From the NCBI GenBank assembly GCA_965645245.1, contig OZ287074.1:372001-436000 (forward strand): a DNA stretch of 64,000 nt, written 5' to 3'. Shown here piece by piece: positions 37,826 to 50,498 of the stretch. The first letter of the stretch is position 1, and every line of letters begins with the position of its first letter. Both the position numbers and the translations under genes were made by a program. Source of the stretch: Massalongia carnosa (taxonomy: Eukaryota). The notes below the pieces were generated by a model, which was not told the origin of the DNA, ran no database searches, and saw nothing but the letters and a program-made list of their open reading frames with translations.

Positions 37826-40800
37826 GGCGAAGGCCTCGCGGGTGAAGACTGTCAAGCTTCAATCAGTTGAGATGTCGAAGCGAAGCGCTCGGGAACGCTG
37901 AATAGCATTGCTTCAACAGACGCGATGCTTGATATTCTCCGGTTGATGTGAAGCATGATTTCACGATGGGAAAAGACTTACACAAGCGGTATTTGTCAAT
38001 GCTATTGCCCAGCCGTATAGAGTTCAACGCTCGATGCAGGAGATCCCAAGTCTCAGATTAGAAACCAGGGTTTGAAACGTTGAGAGTCTGCAAGTCACTC
38101 CCTTCGCTTTCGCGGCTAATATCGCTCCAACCTTTTACGAGCAGGCGTGGTTGTGGTGCAACGTGCAGCCGGGACAGAGCATGGAAGGTAACAGAGGGTG
38201 TGGTCAAAAAGAAAGAACAAAAAGAGGTTTGCTGAAGCCGTGAAAAATGGCTGATCAGTTGCAATTTGAGCGTCCACCCTATCAATGCTTCCGCTCACAC
38301 CTAACGAACAGCCAAGCAAGCGCGGGCGCTTTTAACGACGATACAGGACTCGGCCGGCCTCCTCAGGGAGATCGGCATCGAAAGGCGTGGACCGAGTAGC
38401 TACTAATAAGACCACAATGGTACATATAAGAGGCTAGACGCAGTGAGTTCTGAGCGCGAAGACCCAACAAGTTGGGATGCAAATATGGAGAGCAGCTTTC
38501 ATCGTGTCGACCCAAAACAGCATCTTCGCAAACAAGTGCCGTAAAGAACGGCGCAAGGTTCGCTAGCTTCTCCTTTTGCAAACCCTTTTTCTGACGCTGA
38601 TCGGACCATCTTGACTTTTATTTTTCGACGTTTGGTTCAGATCCCGTGTGCAGTTGCCCCGGAGGAGCGAAATGCACCAAGCAGGAAGCCGAAAAGCACG
38701 AATTGTGACTGACTGACTGATTTACTGCTGGCTTTACCGGGGGGGGTTATTGTGCTGCTTTGTGCATGGCAGGTGTGGTTTTCGATGCAGGAACCTTGGC
38801 AGATTCAGGACGCGAGGTCGACTAAAAGGCTATGATTGGGCAACGCAACCTGCAGGCACCATCACACTTGCCCCAATCAGCGGTCGTAGAGGAGGATTCT
38901 CGCACGTGTCTACATTTCATTCACATCTTCTGACTAGGAACATGGGCACCCTTTGAGGCAAGCGCGGCGCATACAACACTTGCCTGAGTACATACAGCGT
39001 ATCCTAAACACGCAGTTTCGCCCCTGTTTCCAGTTGTCGCAAAGAGTCTTTTTATCCCGATCGCCCATATCTATTATTGTGCAAAGCTATGTTCCCATCA
39101 TGAAAGCCGCACTTCGTCAGCAGCCTCTACCCAAGAACATGGCTGTGATGCTGTGATGGGATAAAATAGCTGAAATGCAGGCTGTAAGGATAGTGTCGGG
39201 TCGGTAGTGATCACGTTTTTTTGGGAGCCCCTGAACCTCCCATTACGCTTCCGTCACACAGTCCCTCCCTCCACCTGCACGACCTCGTCGTTGCGATTCG
39301 AGCTCCCCCTTTACGGTGGTGGAGTGGACGATAATGCTTGCAGGAGAATGTGCACCGAATACTCTGTACACAACTAGACGATGATCACAGCCATTCATCC
39401 ACGTTTCTTGCTGTCAATGACCACGTAACCGCCAATCTGATGCAGAGCACACCTACATCAACCCCACCTTCATCCGTACCCCAGACTACAATCTAAAACA
39501 TAGGATTTGCCCTGCTTCAACCTCTTTACGCATGTCCAACGTCCTTCTCTGTTAACGTGAGATCGTACTGATTGCGAGACAACAAGCTGGCAAGGTTATT
39601 TAGGCAATACGACCGCCCGCCTGGGTAAAGAAGCAACCCTCGACCGTCGCAACAAGTCGACTCAAATTCACGAGTCGTGGATGGACTTTGAATTCCTTTT
39701 CTGATCAGTCCCACCTGCTGTCAGTTGGAGGCCGGCCTGGCTCTCGACCTTCTTTCGGGCACCTCTTTGATTGACTCGTGCGTGCATAGGGCAGGCATGA
39801 GTGCCAATCTATCATTTAATTCCCTGTGCAGCCCTAGTAGCCCTGCTTTCTCAACCGTGAACAGATCATGAGTTTGTTGTCTAGCCTCTGCATCAACGAT
39901 AGCGACTACTGAGGCCAGCAAGTGGTACTTTATTCGTACATACATGATCAAGTAAGCAATACACAGCGCATTATGCGACCAAGCCCAAGCCCAACCCCAA
40001 GGCCGTTAAAACCGAGTACTCTGGACGGAGTAAATCTCTTCCATCGACCTCGTCACGCTCGTGCATCCCGGCCCAATTCCCTCTTACCCCTCCCCCACTT
40101 CAGCCAAAAAAAAAAAGCCTCGGACCAACGGCCATGACCATCCCGTGACTAGATAGCCTTATCCGTTGTAGTACCCGTACAGTCCAGTACTCTACTGCGA
40201 ACTCCGTCCTCTGGTTCTCAACCATCGATAAAGATCTTCTGCGATGCTAAATCATCCGTGCGTCAATCGTAAATTCGTCCGGGATCGCGATCATCATCTC
40301 CTTGATGCTCTGCTTCCAATGAGGTTGACGCTAAGGGAGTAAATCCATCCATCATCAGAGGAAAGGTTAGGTGTTCACTTCACCCTCCGCACTTCGGAAG
40401 TCCACTCCAGTCACGCCGTAACCCCAACGGTTTCTGCGCGTCATCGTCGCACCTATCCGAACCCGTTGATCATCGGTTTCCATCCGCGACGAAGACGCCT
40501 TATCTCTAAGAGCTAAGTGATTGCCTTCTGCGATAGGTACACCATTCTTCGGATCGTTCATGTTTGCCTGTGGAGTCAGCCCAGATGAATGATAGCAACC
40601 CCAGCTTTATCGGAAGTGGACTTGAAACCCGCTATACCGGCACGGAGTACATTGCCGTTATATCATTCGGTCGCTCCATCAAAGCTGTCTTTGGGTCTGG
40701 GGACATAACAGGCTCATCTCGAGGAATACAGGCGTCACTCGTATATGATTATTTCTACCGTGGGGTTCATCACGAGGCTCTTTTGCCAAGGCCAAGTGAA

Positions 40801-40956
40801 AAGCTTCACAGCGACGCGTTTCATTAGTAATCCGCGATCTTTAAAGCACCGTAAAGCCTACAGCGAAATGCTAGTACATATTAGCTCAGTTCGGTAGCTT
40901 GACAGGTTGCGATTCTCTTACCTCTTGTGTTTTTCATTCTTCATTCAAGTAGCCTT

Positions 40957-41562
40957 TCACTCCGGGCCTTCTGTGATCGGGCTCAACCCCTTGACCGTCT
41001 TTTTCCGTTTCAGGGGTGAGCTCCTCCCTCTCTTCTTCGCCGATACCTTTGGCAATGGCAGGGAAGGCAACACGACTGGAGGCTGCCTCGTAGCCTCCCA
41101 CGAGATCCCGGTCGTAATGCCGTTGGCGCCGGCTATCATCCCAGCAGGGATTCGCACATCGCCATATAGATCGAGCTTTTCAAGATCAAGGAGATCCTCA
41201 TCCGAGATATGGGAATTAGTGGTGCAGTTCAGACTGCCGTACACAAAAGCTGTCGATGAGGCCAAGGATAGAAAATCTCGGTTGGGCCAAGAGGGATATG
41301 CGTAGGCGGCCGACAGGTTGGAAGTGGGGAGCATGGGTGTCGCGGGCGAGAGGGAGAAGGTGGACGATGTGGTTGATGTTGACGGTGGTGAGAGGAGCGA
41401 TTTCAAGGGAATGCTGATTGGATTTGCAAATGCACACCTGGGCGAGGGGACCGAAGAGGTTGAAGATGACGGCGAAAGCGACAGATCGCTGCTGCTATCG
41501 CTAATGCTATCGCTGTTGCTGTCGTCGGACATCATCTGTAGGGTGGAGAATGACGATGCCAT
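40957..41562 (-). CDS. Ser-rich conserved hypothetical fungal protein (about 200 aa)
   Basis: Single ORF with short ordered motifs NPISIP, AYAYPSWPNR and SHISDEDLLDL and a basic C-terminus. The start codon is uncertain. Confidence 0.65.
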   Translation of the reverse strand: MASSFSTLQMMSDDSNSDSISDSSSDLSLSPSSSTSSVPSPRCAFANPISIPLKSLLSPPSTSTTSSTFSLSPATPMLPTSNLSAAYAYPSWPNRDFLSLASSTAFVYGSLNCTTNSHISDEDLLDLEKLDLYGDVRIPAGMIAGANGITTGISWEATRQPPVVLPSLPLPKVSAKKRGRSSPLKRKKTVKGLSPITEGPE

Positions 41563-44500
41563 GGCGATGGTCAAGTTGTGGCGAGAGAGGTAGGTGGTGG
41601 ATAGCATCAAGATAGCTTTTCTGAAAATGGCTTGTGAAAGCGTCTCGGAGGTGTCGAAGGTATTAATCACTTTTTCGCACTGCGCCAAATGAAATGTCCC
41701 CGGCAAAGCGATCAGTCAATCTCTCACATTCAGCAAAGACGGCGCCGAGATGAATTTGGGGGGGGTGTAAGCTTTGCGCGCCGCAGCCGCAGTCATCAAG
41801 TTCCAAACCGCACGACAGGGCTGAGGAAGAGACACGAAAGAACAAAATCGGTGTATTTAGATACGTGTTGATTCAGCAGCCAACAACCAACAAGTAGACG
41901 TGTAGGGAGCACTCTTGAATATCGGGTGTCTATCAGATGGTCGGAGGGTTCCAAGTTTTGAATAGCATGCATATGTGGCCATCCCTTGGATTTGTATTTG
42001 TATATATATCAGGCTTTCATTGTACGGGAGCATTTACAGCGTATGAGATGTTATGTTCCCTAGCTGTGCGTTATTGGTGCCTTGCCCGATCGGAGTGTAC
42101 CTATCGCATGCATTCGCACCCAGTGGGCGACCTTGCCTAACTTTGTCCTCATTCTCTCCCCCAAACGCAGAGTCACACCGACAAAGCCCAACCAACCAAG
42201 CCGACCGACTTTTCAAGCGTCCCAAGTATCGAAAAGTATTCCCGAGGACCTAAGCATCTAGAAAACAGGCACTCTACGTATTTTTGTCGCTAGCCCAGGC
42301 AACGCTGCCTTTGGTCGTAGTTTATTACTAGGAAAGAGGGAGGGGGTTAAGGTATCAATCAAGAGCGAATGCGACGACGTTGCGTCGAACGAAACGAAAG
42401 AAGGAGAAATGCATGGTCTTTGTCCCCCAACTCAACCAAATCAACCAAATCATCATGCTTCCTCCGAAACATGTCAAGTTTTCTTGCTTTTCGTTGGAAA
42501 GTGCCCACCGATCAAAAAATGTGACACAAATCATGCGATCGGCAAGCTCGGGGCCGTCCCTTCCAGCTCATGCAAGGTAACGTTCAAGGAGGGGGAAGAA
42601 AGAATAATAATCAAAGAGTCGATAATTCCTAGATTCCAAATCGGCCCACTGCGCATTGGAGAAATCCCTAATCGACCGTTTTGTATGTATCGGCACGTTG
42701 GGCGGCCACCGGCCCGGAGGATCGAGGACGACGATCTAGTTGGTTGGCGATTTGTTAACTATGTAACTATAGAGTACTGTCCGTGCTTTCTTCCTGTGGC
42801 AGAAAATCCTCGCGACACGATGTCGCATTGTCGGTCTATAACAGATATAGCCCTTACGCTTATGGATTTACATAGTTTACTCTCCCACTATCGGCTCATG
42901 CAAGGCCCATTCAATATAGAATCCGATGAAAACCCAGAGATCCCATTCGTCGCCGGGTAGGATTCATGTTAACTAACGACTACACAATATGAACTACCGA
43001 CGAAGCGAAGCACCAAATTACGGAGCTGATGACCGGAAAGGATGGACGAAAAGCCTAAGTGAGCGTAGAGTCAGTACTCTATAAGTAAGGCAACTTTTTT
43101 TTGGTCGGAAGGGGGAGGGTTGGCCCGACTCTAATCCGCAGACTTCGCGAAAGCAAAACCGACTAGGTAGGTTGCTGGCACGGTTGGGAGTCAGCGAGAT
43201 GGGAGAAAGAAGGGCACACAACACGTTTGGCGGTGAATTGACCGCTTCGTTGTCCCCTCCCCCGCCTTGCGAATTTCGGTTCTTGCGGGTTTCTTATTCT
43301 GTAGTCGCCGGTTATGTATCTATCTATCTTGCACTCTCCCTCCTCCTCCTTCTCGAACGCTGCAAAACAAACCCAAATCCACTAGGTATACATACACAAT
43401 GAAGAATCGGGACGTTGCGCTTTCTGCTCTCGAGTCAGGGGGGGGGGGGGGTAAACCCAATTTACAAGAGAGTGGGTGCGGGTGGAGGAATGGCGATAGA
43501 GTGCGATGGGTGAGAGTGCATCGCCAACACGGAGGGTTTGGGATGGAAAGGTGGTGCAAAGTGCAAAGAGGCGGGGTGCGGTGGGTTGGTGGGGCAGGTT
43601 GTTGTGAGAGAGTCATCACCTTGAGCTTGTCATCAGTACGACAAATGAAATGCTACACTCGAAACGAGATGTTTTGCGAGGTGACGTGATCACTGGTTAC
43701 ATGCGATGATAGTGATTTATCATCTCGGTCATGATTTGACATCGCACACTTCTCTTTCTCTCAGATTGCGACGGCCAAAACGCTGGAGTGAGAGAGCAAC
43801 ACAAGTTCTTCCTCTTTGCTTCACCGATCTGATCACCAAGCTTTAACCTACTTCGTCATATTTCTGCCTGCACAATCCTTTCTTCCTTCCACTTCCTACT
43901 GTCCACCGCCTACTTCTCACTTCCCACTCCCCCCCGAAAACCCCCAACGGCCCGTCCCATTCCTTCCAGAAATTCTACCAACACCGGTTCCAGCGTGAAA
44001 AACAAGGTACACCGTGCAGATGCAGTCAGCACCGAACCCCTCCTCCCCATCATTTCCCACGTTGTCCACAAACGGCGTAAGCAACAGCTTTCGGGGCTAA
44101 GGTGGGACATACTCTAACTACGGTATGGATGGATCTTGGGGGATTACGGCATTAGATCTTTCGTTCCCCCTACCCGCCTTCCTCTCTCGGCGAAGGGGGG
44201 CTGACTGTTTTTAGATTTGGGGGGAGGCTGAAGAAGGGATGAAAGAGGAGCACATGGAGGGACACGTGGTGATTTTGGGGGCGGCTTTGACGTTGGGTAT
44301 ATGTAAATCGGTACTTTGTACTCTGCACTGTAATCCGGTACCGAGGAAGAGCTGCCTGCGGCAAGGTTGGATTTCCCCCAAGGCTGAGAAGACGATGAAT
44401 GGACAGATGGCTCCATGTAGTAGCTAGCCAAAGTGCGAAACCAAGGCGGGAGATTCACTTAAGATGTCGTCTAACCACTGTCGCAAACTGCTGATGAATT

Positions 44501-45652
44501 TCCCGAAAAGGGATGCTTTCCGAACCCAGTCGGTGCGACCCAATCCATTCAAATGGAGCGCTTCTCGCACACGTCATCATTCCCCAAGAGAGAAGGGAGG
44601 TGAGTCATTTCAGCTAGTATTTCCTGCTCTGTTCGAAAAAGAGTGAGGGGGAAATAGGTTTGAACGGCTGACCAATTTATAGACACGACACAGAGTCAGA
44701 TGTATAACATGTTGCATGAATGGGCTGGGTTTTCAGTTTGTCAACCATAGAATAATCTGCCGATACCAGTTGCGCTGTGGATTTGCAACTAGGTGGTTTT
44801 AGTGATGACGAGGTAGAGTACGCTGTATGGCGCTGTGGCACAGCTTGTTGAGTCAAGTGGACGAAGTAGATTTGAAAGATGAGAGGATATTTTAAGGTAG
44901 TGTAATCCCAAATGGTTATGCGGCGACAATGTTGTACCAGAAATAGATGCTCTCTTCGGATAATTGGCCGAGCCTTTGGAAGCGATATATGTATCAAGTC
45001 CTATATCCAGAGTCCAGAGGTTGGTGCGTAGGAACGTACAAGAGCGCGAAGGCGAGAGATCTAAACTGTCTAGTCAAGTACAGTAGGTATCTACTCAGAT
45101 GACGTTATTATAGCCGACTGTTTTTGGAAAGTAGAGGTTGATATAGTCCAAGCTTTTCTTAAATCTTGAGGTGGATCTAAAACGTTCTGTCCTTGAGCGG
45201 TACTGAAGATTTTCCACGGGCAAAATGTGAAATCGTATGGCCGCTACAGAACCCTTTGCCTGACCATACTCATCTATGTTCATAATCTGTTTATCATACG
45301 CAAGCAGAGTCCCAAACAATGAACACGTTGTCCATTTTTTATCGCTGTGGCTGGGAGAAGATGTTATTTAGGTCCTCCTGACTTATAGATTCTTATCTTG
45401 TATTGATTAGAGATGCTTGCTTAACAGGACTTAGAGTATGTAAAAGGACGAGTTTAACGGATATGCGCGTATTCATTAATGTATGGGCTGCTCAAAGTTA
45501 GAGAGTACACAGAGTTAGGTGCGCATATGCAAGGCTATAGAGGCCCTGTGCTTTCGCCAATGAATAGCAGAAACCAGGTCAAAAAACACCCCTTATCCTG
45601 TACGGAAACTCAACGCATCTTAGTACCGCTATGGAACTGCAGGAAACGGCCC

Positions 45653-47670
45653 CTACGAATTATGGGGAGTCGAATGAGTGTCACTCGCTGTTGCAGCAGG
45701 CTTTACTGCCGGAATGGTGGCTGTCCCAGGACCAGACTCGGCACTGACCAATGCAGTAGTTTCAATCGTTGCTTCTGGAGATATTGTTGTGGTTTTCTGG
45801 ATAGCCGACGCAGCTGTGGTTTGTGAGAGTTTTGGAGTATTCGGATTGGGCGTATCCCCTCCTCCTCTGCTATGCCTGCCTCCTCTCCGGATAGATCCTC
45901 CTCTTCCACCTCTGGGGCCCATCTGTGTACCTCCTCCACCTCTAGCAACTGTTGGTGCACCTCCTCCACGATTGTTTGAGATATGACTTCCAGTTCTTAC
46001 ATTCCGCGTTTGAAGTGAAGGACCAACCTTGCGTTCTAGCACGACAACCTGGCCTTGGGCAACCTTGATAGGACTTGCTTTGATGGCATCTTGTAACCCT
46101 TGCGGCTCCGCAAAATCTACGTATGCGAACCCCTTCTTCTTGTCAATCTCAACTTTCTTGACAGTACCAAATGAAGCGAATGCTTCCTCCAACAACACCT
46201 CAGTGATCCCCTGAGAAGGGTTGGCATGTTTCAGAAAGGCCTGAGTTGCATTCGGCGACGCTGAAGAATGCTTTACAGAAACGCTGAACGAGCTTGAATT
46301 TGCAGCCTTCGAATCAGATTGAAGGTTTGTTTTAGAAGCTGACCTAGAAGCGGCAGGACCCCGGGGAGGATGATTACTGTTTGGAGACTTAGGTGCAATG
46401 GCCGTTGTGGTTGGTAGGACGAAGGGTATAGCTAATTCTTTAATATTAGAATCAGGTAGGACGCCTGTTCCTGCCTCCTTGTATTGCTGAGCTGGTGATA
46501 GATTTTGTTTTGAAGTAGTAGAGCTCATGGTTTTGGATAGAGATTTGGCTGTAATGGCTGGAGCCCCTCCTCTTCTCTCGCCTTTCCCAGGATTGTTTGT
46601 AGTAAGACCCAGGTCGCGTTGTAGGATCTTTGCTGCAGCACTAGCATTACCACGCTCACGTCTTTTGTCCCCTAGCGGAGCATTAAAATTAGAGCTTGGT
46701 ATTGCTGCTGTTTTTGGATTAACCGATGAAGATACCGAACCTTTAGTTTTGTCCACTGCCTGCTTGTTGATCACACGGACCACATCTCGAGCAGCCTTTT
46801 CAACCTTGATAGCTTGTGCACTCCTTTGATCAGGAGATGAAGCATTGATACTTTCAGCCTTAGGAAGCTTTCTATCCTGCACTGGGCTTGATCTGTTATC
46901 GTTGGAATCTTGTCGAGTGTGCTTGCTTCCTTTTGGTGCTGAGACAATTTCTTTGCCCTTGTTCGCCTTCTTGTCCCTTAAGTATTGAATCAACGGAGTA
47001 ATGGTAACCTTTTCTTTACTTTTGCTAGCAGCATCACTCGCTTGGTCAACTGGTGTGGACTTCGTGATTGGATTCGTAAGGCTTTCTAGGAAATCAATGA
47101 ATTCTTGGTCTTGGTCAATCGTACCTTGACGTAGATCTTTTCGCCCTCGGTTGGTGGGAACACGGCCATGGGGGGCATACTCGACAGACGGTGGTCCTAG
47201 TAGAGCTGGATCCTTTGCGGAGCCTTTCACATCATTGAACACGGTATTTTGAACGTAGTCAGACAAGCGGCTTATATACTCCCATTTTGTTAGGTGCAGG
47301 TAAGCCCGAGCTGGTCTTGATGGCTTTGATGGACTATTGAGGTAACAGTCAGTACATTAAGCCTTAAGAATTACATCGAGAAATTGATCTACTCTTTCGA
47401 GACCTTTCCTTCCTTGTAATTTGTCCAGTCAACCATGCCCCCATTTATCTTCCAATCATCCCCTAGGATAGATTCGAACTCAGGTAAAGTCAGACCCGGC
47501 GGTAGCCGTCTTATTACAATTTTCAGTCTTGGGGTAACGACCTTGGTGAAAGGTCGTACCGAACCTGCTGGCGTACGTTTCTGGGTTACGGAAGCTGGTA
47601 TAGAGAGTACTCCATTTGCACGACTAGACACATTCTTTAGAGTCAATTGGCGAGGTGAGGAAGATGACAT
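45653..47670 (-). CDS. UPF3: Nonsense-mediated decay factor Upf3 (Smg-4/UPF3 domain) with a C-terminal RRM, two exons
   Basis: RLKIVIRRLPPGLT...YKEGKVSK|..SKPSRPARAYLHL...GPPSVEYAP...GTIDQDQEFIDFLESL; C-terminal AFLKHANPSQGITE...KKGFAYVDF. Confidence 0.9.
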
Positions 47671-48333
47671 GATTTTGGTTAGAGAAGGGATACGTCCCGA
47701 TAACGACGTGCCTCTTCAAGCAGGAGATAACTCGTTGGTTATTGCCCGTCGTTCAATCCTCAGAGCTTCCGTGGGGCATTTCATCGTGGCAGTGTCAGCT
47801 GACTTTGCGGTTTTATAAATTTTCCGTTTGGTAGCATATTATTCCGGTCCGAAAACCCATCTAAGCATCCAGCACGATGTCGAGAAGAATAAAGAACGAG
47901 ATCAACTTTGAACTTCTCTCGACCTGGGAGCCAACATATAGGATTGGGTTGTTTAGTTTGTTATCACTCAAAACAAAGATCTAGAATTATTGAAGGCAAT
48001 GATAATTAACGCAGACTTCCCTTTTGCCCTTTATTAATAGAAGAAGAGTGCAACCTCGATTCAGCACGTCGCTTCGATCAAGCATTCGGTTCGATATTGC
48101 AAACAGCTTCCAAATCGTAGACGACTTGAACTTGAATTCGATCCGGAAAGGAGCGCTCAATGAAGGCTACACGTATCTTGAGGATACCCGGAGTAATTGG
48201 CTATTACCATTTCATTTATTTGTAACTAAATCGCAACATACAAAACACAGTTGAAGAAGTTTTAGCCATACGTGGAAGCAAAAGGGAGTGTCGCGGCGAT
48301 CAGAAAGATCAAACAGATGCTAGTTTAGGTATT

Positions 48334-49735
48334 ATGCCTGATACCAAGGTTCCACAGCCTGGGCCGGCAAAGCTCACAAAAGGTTCCGGGCCTGATGAAT
48401 GGCTAAAGGCTGCGCTGAACAATCAGCATTTACCGGAGGGTATCATGAAGAAGCTTTGTGAGATGTGCAAAGAGTTATTAATGGAAGGTGAATGCGGCTT
48501 GAAATTAGTCCTCTTTCCAACTATAAGCCTGACATCTTTATTCCAGAATCCAATATCCAGCCGGTGTCAACTCCAGTGACAATTTGTGGTGATCTACATG
48601 GCCAATTCTACGACGTACTCGAGCTTTTCCGTATTGCAGGTGGAGTTCCTAGCGATGATCAAGTAGAGGCATCGCCTGCCCCAACGAACGTTATCACCTC
48701 TGATGATATTGAACCCCCTTCAAAGATTACCGATCCGAAGCTGAAAAGAAAGATGAGAAAGGTAACTTCGCAAGACCCAGGAGGAGAAAGTAGTACAGCT
48801 AGCAGTGGCATCAGTGACGACGATGATGATGGAGAGGAGATGCGCGGTCGAAAACGTGCTAGTGGTAACGGGGCGAGTCTAGGCATCGAGAAGGAGGGTA
48901 ATACAGGTATCCCTGGAAATCAAAACTATGTCTTTCTCGGAGATTTCGTCGACCGTGGATATTTCAGCCTGGAAACCCTTACTTTACTGTTGTGTTTGAA
49001 GGCTAGGTACATTCATAGAAAATTTTACCCAGATTCAACGCTAATCACTTTCAGTTAGATATCCGGACCGAATCACCCTCGTTCGCGGCAACCATGAGTC
49101 ACGCCAAATCACCCAAGTATATGGCTTTTATGAGGAGTGTCAGGTAAAGTATGGAAACGCTTCGGTTTGGAAGTGCTGTTGCCAAGTCTTTGACTTCCTT
49201 GTTCTGGGAGCTGTGGTTGACGGGAAAGTTCTTTGTGTTCATGGAGGTTTAAGTCCAGAAATTCGAACTCTCGACCAAATACGCGTCATTGCTCGTGCCC
49301 AAGAGATACCCCATGAAGGTGCCTTTTGCGACCTTGTATGGAGCGATCCCGAAGACGTGGGAACATGGGCTATATCTCCTAGAGGCGCTGGATGGCTATT
49401 TGGGAACAAAGTCGCCACGGAGTTCAATCATGTGAATGGATTCCAGCTTATTGCGCGGGCTCATCAACTTGTCAATGAAGGGTACAAGGTACTTGCGAAC
49501 CTTTCTTCTGCTGTGTAGCAGGCTGCTTACATATATTACACAGTGGCATTTTGATGATAAATCGGTCGTTACTGTTTGGAGTGCTCCGAATTACTGCTAC
49601 CGTTGTGGCAACGTTGCCTCTATTATGAATCTAGGGGAAGATTTAAATCCACGCTTCACCATCTTCTCTGCGGTGCCTGACTATCAACGAGCGGTACCAA
49701 TTGCTACTGGTCGTCGAACTGAATATTTCCTTTGA
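48334..49735 (+). CDS. PPG1: PP2A-like Ser/Thr phosphatase Ppg1, 4 exons
   Basis: [29 protein letters not shown] and C-terminal EYFL; the low-complexity insertion between GDLHGQ and GDFVDRG and the [10 protein letters not shown]-terminus match the fungal Ppg1 clade as I recall it. Confidence 0.88.
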
Positions 49736-50371
49736 GGCAGGTTAGTCTCCACCTATGACCCGCTTTGTTTGTCAGAATACCTACACTTTGTTCTTTAGCG
49801 GCATTGTTAATACCTTACCGCGAGACATGACACAGCATGTAAGGGCGGCGTTATTCGAATAGCTTCGTCTTTGTTGGTTTCAAACAGTGTATGTAAGAAG
49901 GATGAAGACTGCACGTACTGTACGATATCGAAGATGGACATCTTATACGTGGCAATGGATATGCCCATGTCGAGAGCATTGATGCGATGATCGAGTTTTC
50001 TGTCTGCTCGTACTTAGAAAAACCTATGAACATTCATCTTTGAAACTCATAGCCCTATAACTGATCCTGACACGATTGTTCATTAATAAACTGCTCTTAG
50101 TGAGAAGTTGTGATAGACTAAAAATCTTGCCATCCAAAGACTCACACTTCCACCTTGAAACCTTAGACGTTTTTCCCCCGGGAGATATTGCAGGTAATAG
50201 CAAATGAACAAAAGTTATAACATTATCTAGATATAACGAAGGGGAAAGCCCTTTCGCCTTGCCCAATTGGAAACCTATTCTTGGCCCAACCCCCTTTTTG
50301 GGAATAACGATTTGGACAATTAAGATATATTGATTCATAAACCAAAAAATGACATTTCCATAGAGTGAAAT

Positions 50372-50498
50372 GGGCCTGTGGCGCAACGGTAGCGCGCTGT
50401 AAGTGACTAAAATTCAAGTAAATCGTGAATCTCATAATTAACAATATGTGTAGCGACTCCAGATCGAGTGGTTGCCAGTTCAAATCTGACCGGGCTCA
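50372..50498 (+). tRNA. tRNA-Trp(CCA) interrupted in the anticodon stem by a 55-nt GT-AG insert (50399-50453)
   Basis: Joining 50372-50398 to 50454-50498 gives GGGCCTG TG GCGC AACGGTA GCGC G CTCGA CT CCA GA TCGAG TGGTT GCCAG TTCAAAT CTGAC CGGGCTC A (72 nt). The anticodon and D stems pair perfectly, A and B boxes are present, and TTTTT follows at 50501-50505. The T stem has one C-A mismatch. Confidence 0.85.

Noticed and set aside
40881..40920. A-box/D-arm-like TAGCTCAGTTCGGTAG
   Set aside because: No anticodon arm, T loop or acceptor pairing follows; it lies in the 3' flank of a protein gene.
48640..48920. Roughly 90-aa low-complexity insertion in the phosphatase domain
   Set aside because: As I recall this is a usual feature of filamentous-fungal Ppg1, so not novel.
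50372..50498. Alternative reading as a tRNA with a canonical 37/38 intron and a different anticodon
   Set aside because: Reading straight through gives the stem strand CTGTA, which cannot pair with TCGAG; only the GT-AG excision yields a paired anticodon arm.
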